The notes: a model not told the origin generated them from the sequence alone. 64,000 nucleotides of DNA from Flavobacterium sp. (GCF_041911335.1 NZ_JAYRPD010000038.1:19716-83715); one strand, 5' to 3'; counted from the stretch's first letter, positions 52,509-61,505 are shown. Translations and numbers: made by a program.

Positions 52509-54380
52509 ATGAAAAAGAAGATTGAAATTTTAGCACCTGCAAAAAACTTAGTACAAGGAATTGCTGCCATAAATAGTGGTGCCGATGCGGTTTATATTGG
52601 TGCTCCTTTATACGGCGCTCGTTCAAACGCTACCAATTCTGTGGAAGATATTGCCGAATTGGTAAAATATGCGCACTTGTTTAATGCTCAGGTTTTTGTA
52701 GTTATTAATACGATTTTATACGATAACGAATTAGAACCTTGTCGTCAATTGATTTGGAAATTGTATGATATTGGCGTAGATGCTTTAATCATTCAAGACA
52801 TGGCGATTATGGAAATGGAGTTGCCACCTATCGTATTGCATGCTAGTACGCAAACCAACAATCGTGATGCCGATAAAATTAAATTCTTAGCGGATGCCGG
52901 AATCAAACGTGTGGTTTTAGCACGTGAGTTAAACTTGCATCAAATTAAAGAAATAAGTGAAGCTTCTGATGTGGAATTAGAATTTTTCGTTACTGGTGCT
53001 TTATGTGTTTCGTTTAGCGGAAATTGCTATATGAGTGTTGCCAATGGCGAACGTTCGGCAAATCGTGGTTCTTGTGCACAAAACTGTCGTTTACCTTATA
53101 ATTTAATTGATGGAAATGGCGATACTTTAATCCGAAACAGTCATTTACTTTCGATTAAAGATTTTGATGTTTCGAACCAAATTCCAAATTTAGTGGAAGC
53201 CGGAATTGTTTCGTTCAAAATTGAAGGTCGTTTGAAAGATATGGTTTATGTAAAAAATAACGTTTCGTATTTGCGTCAGAAATTAGATGCTTTCTTGAAC
53301 GAAAACAGCGATAAATACAGCAAAGCTTCTTCTGGAAAATGTACGTATTTGTTTGATTCTTCATTAGATAGAACGTTCAATCGTGGTTACACTGATTATT
53401 TTGTAAACGAAAGACATCAAGCCATTGGTTCTTGGGAAAGTCCAAAATCAAAAGGGCAATATATTGGAAAACTGATTAAAACGGTTGGAAATTCATACGT
53501 AATTGAAAATGGTGAATTATTAAATAATGGCGACGGATTATGTTTCATTAACGAAAACAACGAAGCCGAAGGAATTTACGTTAACCTTGCCGAAAACGGA
53601 ATCGTTTATCCAAACGTATTGAAAGAAATCAAAGAAGGTACTTTCATTTACAGAAATAATGATGCGGCTTTCATTAAATTAGTAGAGCGGGAAGATAGTG
53701 CGGTTCGAAAAATCAGTACTACTTTATTAATGACCGAAAACGAAAATGGTTTCGAATTAATTGCAACTGACGAAGACGGGAATGTAAGCGTTGTACATTT
53801 GGTTCACCCAAAAGAACAAACAAAAAACAACGAATCTTTAGCAGAGAATTTCAAAATCAACTTAGCAAAAACAGGTTTTACACCTTATACAGCTGATGAA
53901 ATTACGATTGAATTTTCTGGAAATTGGTTTTTACCTATTTCAAAAATAAATGAAATGCGAAGAACGGTTTACGAACAATTATCGGAAATTCGTTTAAAAA
54001 ATTATGTTCGAAAAGAACATCAATTGGAAAAAACATCACATCCTTATCCAGAAACGAAATTGGATTTTATGTACAATGTTGCCAACAAAACCGCTCGTAA
54101 ATTCTACGAACGTCATGGAGTAACCGAAATTGAAAAAGCATTCGAATTACAATGGGATCCAGGAAAATCTCGTGTAATGACAACCAAATATTGCATCAAA
54201 TATGAACTGGAGCGTTGTCCAAAATACCATCGTGAAAATATGGACAAAAAACTAAAAGAACCTTTAGTTTTAAAACAAGGCGAATTAGAATATAAATTAA
54301 AATTCAATTGCAAACCTTGCGAAATGGAAATTTGGGAAAAAGATGCCGAATTCGAAATAGAAGAAGATCATTTTCATTAA
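52509..54380 (+). CDS. U32 peptidase family protein (RlhA-like RNA hydroxylase)
   Basis: EILAPA, GADAVY, LHASTQ, GALCVSFSGNC, NRGSCAQNCR, KIEGR. Confidence 0.9.
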   Translation: MKKKIEILAPAKNLVQGIAAINSGADAVYIGAPLYGARSNATNSVEDIAELVKYAHLFNAQVFVVINTILYDNELEPCRQLIWKLYDIGVDALIIQDMAIMEMELPPIVLHASTQTNNRDADKIKFLADAGIKRVVLARELNLHQIKEISEASDVELEFFVTGALCVSFSGNCYMSVANGERSANRGSCAQNCRLPYNLIDGNGDTLIRNSHLLSIKDFDVSNQIPNLVEAGIVSFKIEGRLKDMVYVKNNVSYLRQKLDAFLNENSDKYSKASSGKCTYLFDSSLDRTFNRGYTDYFVNERHQAIGSWESPKSKGQYIGKLIKTVGNSYVIENGELLNNGDGLCFINENNEAEGIYVNLAENGIVYPNVLKEIKEGTFIYRNNDAAFIKLVEREDSAVRKISTTLLMTENENGFELIATDEDGNVSVVHLVHPKEQTKNNESLAENFKINLAKTGFTPYTADEITIEFSGNWFLPISKINEMRRTVYEQLSEIRLKNYVRKEHQLEKTSHPYPETKLDFMYNVANKTARKFYERHGVTEIEKAFELQWDPGKSRVMTTKYCIKYELERCPKYHRENMDKKLKEPLVLKQGELEYKLKFNCKPCEMEIWEKDAEFEIEEDHFH

Positions 54381-54452
54381 GAAACAAACCGATGTATTGT
54401 ACATCGGTTTTTTCTTTCTATAATGCCAAAATTAAATTGTATTTTTGAAGTA

Positions 54453-55028
54453 ATGCAATCTATTTTAGAAAATATCGCCAAACATGTTACGCTAACTCCT
54501 GAAGAGCAAGAGTTGTTTTTGTCTAAAACTGAAACCAAACAATTCAAAGCTAAAACCATTTTATTGAGTGCGGGCGAAGTGGCGACTTGCACGTATTTTG
54601 TGAATTCCGGAATTTTGAGAAGTTTCAATATTAATGATAACATTATCGAACACGTATTACATTTTGCTTGCGAAGGTTGGTGGATTGGTGATATGTACAG
54701 CTATATTTCGGAAAAACCAGGCAATTTATTTATTGAAGTTATTGAAGATGCTGAAATTATACTTATATCAAAAGAAAAACATCAAATACTTTACAAAGAA
54801 ATACCAAAACTAGAACGTTACTTCCGAATTTTAGCAGAAAATTCATTAGTAGCCCATCAAGAACGTTTGATGGATAACCTGAGTTTAACTGCCGAAGAAC
54901 GTTTTGAAAAATTCTGTTCTAAATACCCTACCCTTGTTCAACGAGTACCACAAAAACAAATCGCCTCTTACATTGGTGTAACGCCTGAATTTTTTAGTAA
55001 GATGAAAGCGCGATTACTGAAAAAATAA
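54453..55028 (+). CDS. Crp/Fnr family regulator
   Basis: cNMP-like domain; PQKQIASYIGVTPEFFSK HTH; start placed at ATG 54453. Confidence 0.92.
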   Translation: MQSILENIAKHVTLTPEEQELFLSKTETKQFKAKTILLSAGEVATCTYFVNSGILRSFNINDNIIEHVLHFACEGWWIGDMYSYISEKPGNLFIEVIEDAEIILISKEKHQILYKEIPKLERYFRILAENSLVAHQERLMDNLSLTAEERFEKFCSKYPTLVQRVPQKQIASYIGVTPEFFSKMKARLLKK

Positions 55029-55054
55029 AAACGAGCCATTGCTGACTCGTTTTT
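55027..55054. terminator. intrinsic terminator
   Basis: aaaaacgag-ccattgctga-ctcgttttt. Confidence 0.75.
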
Positions 55055-55164
55055 CGGTTTAAAATTAGCATTATAATTTGTGTTTCTTGATGCTGTTTTG
55101 GTTTATAATTTTTTGTTAAATGAACCACACGAAAGGATTCGTGCGGTAGCTGTGCAAAAAATCG

Positions 55165-55177
55165 ACCGCTTCGCGGT
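55165..55177 (-). promoter_or_regulatory. GAA-triloop hairpin downstream of putative DGR variable region
   Basis: Coding strand accgc-GAA-gcggt, 29 nt after the stop codon. Confidence 0.55.
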
Positions 55178-55206
55178 ATTAGTAAAATGGTTAAATAGAT
55201 AAATTG

Positions 55207-56310
55207 TTAAAAAGCCCTTACTCCACGCACGGTGCCCGTAACCGTCTTATTATTGATGTTGGCGTAACCAACGTAGAAGTCGAAGAGGTACGCATAGGCT
55301 GCGGTATACTCGGTACTGCTCCAATAACCAGCTGTACTTGAAAGTAGCGTGCTACCTCCTGCACGTAAGGCTTTTTGTACACTATAACGATTATAATACA
55401 ATAATCCTAATTCGTCAATACTTGGTAAATACCAACCTGCACCTAAACCTGCAATGTATGTAGCCGCTGGGCTATTTGTCATTAAAGCTGTATTGAATGC
55501 TCCATCTTCGGTACGGTTGGCATTTACTAATGTGGCAGATGATTGCCATTGCGCTGTACTTTCGGTAAGGGCAACTATAAGCCCGTGCTCTAAACCATCG
55601 CTACCTTTGTATAGGTAAAAAATAATACCACCGTTAAAGGCTTCGCCAAGGTAATGGGTAAAGCCAGAAGGAGTTGAAGTTCCCGCAGATTTAGCAAATA
55701 AGGCATAAGGAGTACTTAATAATTGGCTTGTAGATGTAACGTCATAAGATGTGTTGTTATCTATATCTGTTTCTGTTTTTATAAAATATGGTCCGTTTGC
55801 CCAGTTTATTCCAGCCATAGTACCTGAAACTACAGTACCACCACCTATTTCTAAGCTTACTAAACCGTTTGCATTTGAGGTTGGGGTTTGCGTTTCTACA
55901 TACACTGCTGTACCTGTTGCCGAACCTTGTAAAATGCTAATTTGCATGCCTACCGGTTGGTTGATGACTAAATTATTGGTAGTGTTACGTACTACGGCTT
56001 GGTAGCTCATTTTTTCAGGTACTTGAATTGTGGTTGTAACAGTTAATACAATTGTTCTGTTATTAGTTACAATACCAACATCAGCAAGTGTTTGACCGTC
56101 TTGAATTGTTGTACCATTCCAAGATATGACTTGGTTTATAACTGGAATTGAAATTTGATCAAATATTTTGTTCTTAACATTTTCTCCACTATCGGATGGC
56201 TCTACATCTAATGAAATGGTTCCATTATTAGGTGTTTGCACGAATAAATTCATTCCGTACGTTTGTAATGTTAAGAAAGAAAATATAATTAATGTGTAAA
56301 TTTTTTTCAT
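55207..56310 (-). CDS. secreted protein: ubiquitin-like domain + 'MSYQAVVR' domain + DUF1566/CLec C-terminus (putative DGR target)
   Basis: Signal peptide aa 1-19; aa 20-80 align to ubiquitin (VEPSD, ENVK, DGxTLxD); WYLPSIDEL and YWSSTE...VRGVRAF CLec motifs. Confidence 0.8.
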   Translation of the reverse strand: MKKIYTLIIFSFLTLQTYGMNLFVQTPNNGTISLDVEPSDSGENVKNKIFDQISIPVINQVISWNGTTIQDGQTLADVGIVTNNRTIVLTVTTTIQVPEKMSYQAVVRNTTNNLVINQPVGMQISILQGSATGTAVYVETQTPTSNANGLVSLEIGGGTVVSGTMAGINWANGPYFIKTETDIDNNTSYDVTSTSQLLSTPYALFAKSAGTSTPSGFTHYLGEAFNGGIIFYLYKGSDGLEHGLIVALTESTAQWQSSATLVNANRTEDGAFNTALMTNSPAATYIAGLGAGWYLPSIDELGLLYYNRYSVQKALRAGGSTLLSSTAGYWSSTEYTAAYAYLFDFYVGYANINNKTVTGTVRGVRAF

Positions 56311-56312
56311 GA

Positions 56313-57638
56313 TTAATTCTCTTTTTTAATGATTTTAAATGTTTTCACTTCTTTGTTGTTACTAACAACTTTTAATAAAAAAATAGCTGCTGGTAAGCGT
56401 TCCATTTGAATAGAAGATGTTTCGGCAGTAATTTTTTGATTCAAAATCATTCTTCCGTTTAAGTCGAATAATTGATACGAAAGATTAGAGAAATCTGTAT
56501 TTCGTACTTCAAGTTGTAACCAGTTGGTTGTTGGATTTGGATATGTAATTATATTATTTGTTAAAAAAATATCTGAGATACTTAAAGAAGAATCCGAAAT
56601 TTTTCTAATTCTATGTACAGAAGCCTCTGACACATAGAAATTTCCAGAGGTATCTCTAGTTATACCAACAGGTCCTGAAAATTTTGCAACTGATACAGAA
56701 CCATTTGTACTTCCGATACCATTTAGACCTGCAAAAGTGGTTACAACACCAGCAGGTGTAATTTTTCTAACACTATTATTATTTAATTCAGTTACATAAA
56801 TATTATTATCATTATCAATACACAAAAAAAGTGGTCCATTAAATGTTGCTGTAGTACCTGTACCATTAACAGAGCCTGAAGTACCTACTGTACCTACAAA
56901 AGTAGTTACAACGGCAGCAGGAGTAATTTTTCTTATTACATGATTAGTATTTTGTGATACATATAAATTTCCATTATTATCAATAGCAATTCCCCATATA
57001 CCAGTAAAACCTGCAGCTGTTCCTGTACCGTCAATTGTGATAGTAAGGCTTGCACCACCAGCAAAAGTAGTAACTACCCCATCTGAAGTTATTTTTCTGA
57101 TTAAAGAATTACCTCTATCAGTTACAAACAGATTGCCAGAACTGTCTACCACCAAGCCATTAGGAAATGAAAATCTTGCCGTTGTACTTGTACCGTTTAA
57201 ATTACCTTGAGTACCGCTACCTGCAAAAGTTGACACAACACCAGCTGGCGTTATTTTTCTAATCAAATGGTTGCCTGTATCCGCAACATAGATGTTATCT
57301 TGTGCATCGATAGCAATACCTCTGGGACTATTAAATGTTGCAGCTGTCCCTGTACCATTAGCAGAACCTACAGTACCATTACCTGCAAAAGTGGTTACTT
57401 CACCAGCTGGGGTAATTTTTCTAATAGCGTTATTTCCAAAATCAGCAACAAATACATTTCCGTTACTATCTACACACGTAGCATTTGGAGCATTGAAAGT
57501 GGCACTTGTACCTGTTCCATTTGCAAATCCAGAAGTACCAGAACCTGCAAATGTACTTACAGTAAATTGTGCATTAGAAAAATTACTAAAAAATAGTGCT
57601 GATAGGCTTAATACAAAGTTTTTAAAATTTTTAATAAT
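56313..57638 (-). CDS. NHL-repeat beta-propeller T9SS cargo (type A CTD); start codon reads ATT
   Basis: Frame is open from 57641 to 56313; signal peptide IIKNFKNFVLSLSALFFSNFSNA-Q; repeated IRKITPAGVVTTFAG; YPNPT...KIIK CTD. Confidence 0.75.
   Translation of the reverse strand: MIKNFKNFVLSLSALFFSNFSNAQFTVSTFAGSGTSGFANGTGTSATFNAPNATCVDSNGNVFVADFGNNAIRKITPAGEVTTFAGNGTVGSANGTGTAATFNSPRGIAIDAQDNIYVADTGNHLIRKITPAGVVSTFAGSGTQGNLNGTSTTARFSFPNGLVVDSSGNLFVTDRGNSLIRKITSDGVVTTFAGGASLTITIDGTGTAAGFTGIWGIAIDNNGNLYVSQNTNHVIRKITPAAVVTTFVGTVGTSGSVNGTGTTATFNGPLFLCIDNDNNIYVTELNNNSVRKITPAGVVTTFAGLNGIGSTNGSVSVAKFSGPVGITRDTSGNFYVSEASVHRIRKISDSSLSISDIFLTNNIITYPNPTTNWLQLEVRNTDFSNLSYQLFDLNGRMILNQKITAETSSIQMERLPAAIFLLKVVSNNKEVKTFKIIKKEN
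56323..56543. repeat. 221-bp direct repeat (T9SS CTD coding sequence), copy 1
   Basis: Matches 57646-57866 with 4 mismatches by manual comparison. Confidence 0.95.
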
Positions 57639-57641
57639 AGC

Positions 57642-58127
57642 TTACTTTTTAATAATTTTAAACGTTTTCACTTCTTTGTTGTTACTAACAACTTTTAATA
57701 AAAAAATAGCTGCTGGTAAGCGTTCCATTTGAATAGAAGATGTTTCGGCAGTAATTTTTTCATTCAAAATCATTCTTCCGTTTAAGTCGAATAATTGATA
57801 CGAAAGATTAGAGAAATCTGTATTTCGTACTTCAAGTTGTAACCAGTTGGTTGTAGGATTTGGATACACTGCTAATTGCAGGTTAATGTTGAAATTCTCT
57901 GCACCTAACACAGTTTGAATTTCAAAAGGTTGTTGCACACCTTGTGCTACTGAACCGGTTGTTCCGGTGTAGGTTGTGTATACCACTTGCCCTACTGTGT
58001 AACTCACATTTCCATTTGTTCCAGAAGCATTACCTCCAGAAGTAGCTACGGCTTCTTGTGCTTGTGTTTGAAAAGCACCTAGTAAAAGTGTGGCAATGAG
58101 TAGTTTTTTAATTTTCATTGGGTTCAT
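57642..58127 (-). CDS. small T9SS type A sorting domain protein
   Basis: Signal peptide; SGGNASG...VSYTVGQ...GVQQPFEI; YPNPT CTD. Confidence 0.9.
   Translation of the reverse strand: MNPMKIKKLLIATLLLGAFQTQAQEAVATSGGNASGTNGNVSYTVGQVVYTTYTGTTGSVAQGVQQPFEIQTVLGAENFNINLQLAVYPNPTTNWLQLEVRNTDFSNLSYQLFDLNGRMILNEKITAETSSIQMERLPAAIFLLKVVSNNKEVKTFKIIKK
57646..57866. repeat. 221-bp direct repeat, copy 2
   Basis: Matches 56323-56543 at offset 1323. Confidence 0.95.
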
Positions 58128-58226
58128 AATTAGTTAATAAAAAAAGATAATATGATATAAATTATACCAGTGTATAAAATAAATAATAGAATTTCTAAAC
58201 GATATTTTTCTATGTTTTTCAAGTTA

Positions 58227-58772
58227 TTATTTTTTTACAACTGTATAAGTTAAACCATTTGAAAGCTTTAAATAGTAATTTCCATTTGTAAAGTTTTCAA
58301 GATTAATAGTATTGTTAGAAGGTAATATCCCGTTTAATAAGGTTCTTCCCATTACATCATATATAGTATAACTTTCTGTATTTGTTAAGCCTGATATGTT
58401 AATTGAATTTGTGGTAGGGTTCGGAAAAATGCTCACATGGTCTTTGTTAAAACCTATAATAGATAAAGTTGTAACTTGTGGAACTGGCAGAATACCATCT
58501 TCATCTAAATTCCAGGTTGTAACCAAGTCAGGTGTTGCCACATTGTCTGCAGAGTAGTAATAAACAGCGTTAGCAGATCTAATTAGCCAAAAACTTCCTG
58601 TCCAATTAATATAATTAGTGTTAGGTCCTAAATATATTGGTTTTCCTGCTTGCATACCATTTTGTGTGTAAGTGCCATTTACGCTAGTTGTTCCTGCTCC
58701 AGAAATTGTTATGTTTTGTGAAAAACATAAAAAGTTAAATGTTAAAAATAAAATAGTAAAAATTTTTTTCAT
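58227..58772 (-). CDS. small T9SS type A sorting domain protein
   Basis: Signal peptide; ISGAGTTSVNGTY domain; IFPNPT...IYDVMGR...GNYYLK CTD. Confidence 0.88.
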   Translation of the reverse strand: MKKIFTILFLTFNFLCFSQNITISGAGTTSVNGTYTQNGMQAGKPIYLGPNTNYINWTGSFWLIRSANAVYYYSADNVATPDLVTTWNLDEDGILPVPQVTTLSIIGFNKDHVSIFPNPTTNSINISGLTNTESYTIYDVMGRTLLNGILPSNNTINLENFTNGNYYLKLSNGLTYTVVKK

Positions 58773-58797
58773 TTCGTTTTAATTTAAGGGTTATTGT

Positions 58798-58980
58798 TTA
58801 TGAATTTTGTTTTTGAATTGTTTTGTTACTTTGATTATTTTTTTGTTTTAAAATTCCCATTACTTCTTTGATATTTTCATCCGTCAATGGAATGTCATTT
58901 TGAATGCAGGTGTAAATCGCCTCATTTCTTTTAATGGAAAAAAGTCGCAAATGGTTTTTAATACGTTCTAAAAATTTCAT
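58798..58980 (-). CDS. small hypothetical protein
   Basis: 60-aa ORF from ATG 58980, first in the T9SS cargo cluster. Confidence 0.45.
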   Translation of the reverse strand: MKFLERIKNHLRLFSIKRNEAIYTCIQNDIPLTDENIKEVMGILKQKNNQSNKTIQKQNS

Positions 58981-59037
58981 TTGTATTTTGTTTGCTACAA
59001 AGTTGAGCAAGACTTGTATTAAAATCTAATTTTGTAC

Positions 59038-59080
59038 GGGTAGTTAATGGGTAGTTTTTACGACTACCCAATGGGTAGTT
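59038..59080. promoter_or_regulatory. GGGTAGTT/ACTACCC operator array
   Basis: GGGTAGTT at 59038, 59049 and 59073; inverted repeat actaccca-a-tgggtagt at 59063-59079, in the divergent intergenic region. Confidence 0.7.
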
Positions 59081-59172
59081 ATGACTAAATAATTGACAAT
59101 CAATTTTTTAAAATCAATACTTATTTTACACAATTAATTGTTCATTTTTTATCTTTGAGAAAATTTTTAGGT

Positions 59173-60387
59173 ATGATAAAAAAGCATTTCCCCTCATTGC
59201 TTTTAATTTTATTTGTTTTTACTCAATCTTTTGGGCAATCTGAAAAACTCAAAAAATTAGAAATTCAAATAAAAACTTTAAATGACAATTTGCAATATGA
59301 AAAATCGATTGCAGTATTAAATGAAATAATTACAAATGAGCAATCCACTCATTATGAAAAATATTATGCCTACTTATTAGAGTCTTTTACATACAAACGG
59401 TTATTTAACTATACAAAAACACTACATAAGTTAGATTTAGCTCTTGCTGAAGGCTTGCAAAGTGACCAAAAAGAAGAGGTTAAAAATACTATTGCTGCTG
59501 AAAAATGCTTTGTCTATTTTGATACGCAAGATTATCCAAAAGCCGAAGCTTTGATAACTCAATTAAGAAAATTAAATTTCAAACATTTATCAATTCCCAC
59601 ACAATCTTGGATTATTATGCAAGATGGTTATATTAAAATGTTAAAGAAAGACTATGCAAAATCAGAACAATTACTAAATGAAGCTGCAACATTAGTTAAA
59701 GCAAATTCTCCTGAGAATTTACCCAATATTTATGGTAAAAAAATGGAGCTTTATAATAAAATGAACCTTTTTGAAAAGCGTGATACTGCTTTTAAAGAAG
59801 GTCTATTATTAGCAAAAAAATACAATAAGGTAAAATATGAACTGTATTTGTATCAAGTAATGCGAAACATATTTCAAGAAAATGAGGATTATAAAAATGC
59901 TTTTTTTACACAAAAAAAATATGATTCCATAGTAAAATATTACAATGCAACCGATGCCAATGGAAAGTTAGAATTAGCTGAAAAAAAATTAGAAGACGAG
60001 AATAGACAGCTAAAAGAACAAAACGAAAAATATATAGATTACATATTATATGGTGTTATTATATCATTACTTCTTCTATTGTATTTTGCCCTTAGATTAT
60101 ACCAATCGAATAAGGCAAAAAGAATTTTAGTTGAAAAAGAGAACACAAGAATTCACAATGAAATTGAACGTTTGACCCAAGCATTAGACGAAAAAGGAAA
60201 TGCAAGTTTAAATTTATCAAACTACAATTTAACCGATCGTCAAAAGGAAATTATTGAACTTATTCGTATTGGTTTAACCAATAAAGAAATAGCAACCAAA
60301 CTTTTTATTTCTGAAAACACAGTAAAATATCACTTAAAAATTATTTATGAAATTTTAGATGTAGAACATCGTTCTGCAATACGATAA
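59173..60387 (+). CDS. membrane-spanning TPR-like sensor with LuxR HTH
   Basis: Signal peptide, helical repeats, TM helix, LTDRQKEII...GLTNKEIA...SENTVKYH. Confidence 0.88.
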   Translation: MIKKHFPSLLLILFVFTQSFGQSEKLKKLEIQIKTLNDNLQYEKSIAVLNEIITNEQSTHYEKYYAYLLESFTYKRLFNYTKTLHKLDLALAEGLQSDQKEEVKNTIAAEKCFVYFDTQDYPKAEALITQLRKLNFKHLSIPTQSWIIMQDGYIKMLKKDYAKSEQLLNEAATLVKANSPENLPNIYGKKMELYNKMNLFEKRDTAFKEGLLLAKKYNKVKYELYLYQVMRNIFQENEDYKNAFFTQKKYDSIVKYYNATDANGKLELAEKKLEDENRQLKEQNEKYIDYILYGVIISLLLLLYFALRLYQSNKAKRILVEKENTRIHNEIERLTQALDEKGNASLNLSNYNLTDRQKEIIELIRIGLTNKEIATKLFISENTVKYHLKIIYEILDVEHRSAIR

Positions 60388-60390
60388 TTT

Positions 60391-60406
60391 CTTAATCTAG
60401 GTTAAG
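60391..60406. promoter_or_regulatory. imperfect palindrome, candidate Crp/Fnr-family site upstream of pirin
   Basis: cttaatctaggttaag, 14/16 self-complementary. Confidence 0.45.
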
Positions 60407-60465
60407 TGCTCTTCCCTATTCATGGGTGTAAATTTGTATCATAATAATTACTAAATTTATACGAT

Positions 60466-61179
60466 ATGAAAACGATAGTACATAAAGCGAATGAAAGAGG
60501 TCATGCTAACCATGGTTGGTTAAATGCGTATCACAGTTTTAGCTTTGCCAATTGGTATAACCCAAAAAAAGTACAATTTGGAATGCTTCGCGTTTTGAAT
60601 GACGATACGATTGCTGCTGGAATGGGTTTTGGGACACATCCACACGACAATATGGAAATTATCACCATTCCGTTAGAAGGCGATTTGGCTCATAAAGACA
60701 GCATGGGAAATGGTACAACTATTAAAAGTGGCGACATTCAAGTAATGAGTGCTGGAACGGGAATACAACACAGTGAATTCAATCCGAATCACAATCATCA
60801 CACAAAATTGTTTCAAATTTGGTTGTTTCCAAAATACCGCAATGTTGAACCACGCTACCAACAAATTACCTTAGATAAATCGTTAGAGAAAAATGATTTC
60901 GCTCAAATATTATCTCCAAATCCAGATGATGCTGGTGTTTGGATTCATCAAGATGCATGGTTTTATTTGAGTGATTTTGACAACGGTTTTTCAAAAAAAA
61001 TAAATTTGAAAAAAGAAGGCAATGGATTTTACATCATGAATATTGAGGGTGAAATCGAAGTTAACGGAGAAAAATTAGAAAAAAGAGATGCAATCGGAAT
61101 TTGGGAAACCAATGAAATTGAAATCAAAGCGAATTCAAATGCGAAATTTTTGGTAATGGAAATTCCGATGGAACAGTAA
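60466..61179 (+). CDS. pirin family protein (YhhW-like)
   Basis: LRVLNDD, GFGTHPHDNMEI, MSAGTGIQHSE. Confidence 0.95.
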   Translation: MKTIVHKANERGHANHGWLNAYHSFSFANWYNPKKVQFGMLRVLNDDTIAAGMGFGTHPHDNMEIITIPLEGDLAHKDSMGNGTTIKSGDIQVMSAGTGIQHSEFNPNHNHHTKLFQIWLFPKYRNVEPRYQQITLDKSLEKNDFAQILSPNPDDAGVWIHQDAWFYLSDFDNGFSKKINLKKEGNGFYIMNIEGEIEVNGEKLEKRDAIGIWETNEIEIKANSNAKFLVMEIPMEQ

Positions 61180-61223
61180 TTAGTTAGCAGTCGCAGTAGT
61201 TAGTCGCAGTAAAAAATTAAATT

Positions 61224-61505
61224 ATGAGTGAAGTACAAATTAGAATAAACGATAACAAAGGTGCTTTTTACATTGAAATTGAAGGCAAACAGGAAGCTAT
61301 GATGACCTTTGTTTTTGCTGGCGAAGATAAAATTATCATCGACCACACGGAAGTGAATCCAGGAAATGAAGGAAAAGGTTTTGGTAAAAAAATGGTAACC
61401 AAAGCTGTTAAATTCGCTCGAGAAAAAGGACTCAAAATTTTACCCTTATGTCCGTTTGCGAAAAGTGTTTTTGACAAAACACCAGAGTTTAGAGACGTTC
61501 TATAA
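61224..61505 (+). CDS. GNAT acetyltransferase (YjdJ-like)
   Basis: IIDHTEV...GKGFG...ILPLCPF. Confidence 0.9.
   Translation: MSEVQIRINDNKGAFYIEIEGKQEAMMTFVFAGEDKIIIDHTEVNPGNEGKGFGKKMVTKAVKFAREKGLKILPLCPFAKSVFDKTPEFRDVL

Noticed and set aside
57267-57732. Plus-strand ORFs 57267-57596 and 57292-57732
   Set aside because: Antisense shadows of the NHL repeats and the upstream CTD; the coherent frame is on the minus strand.
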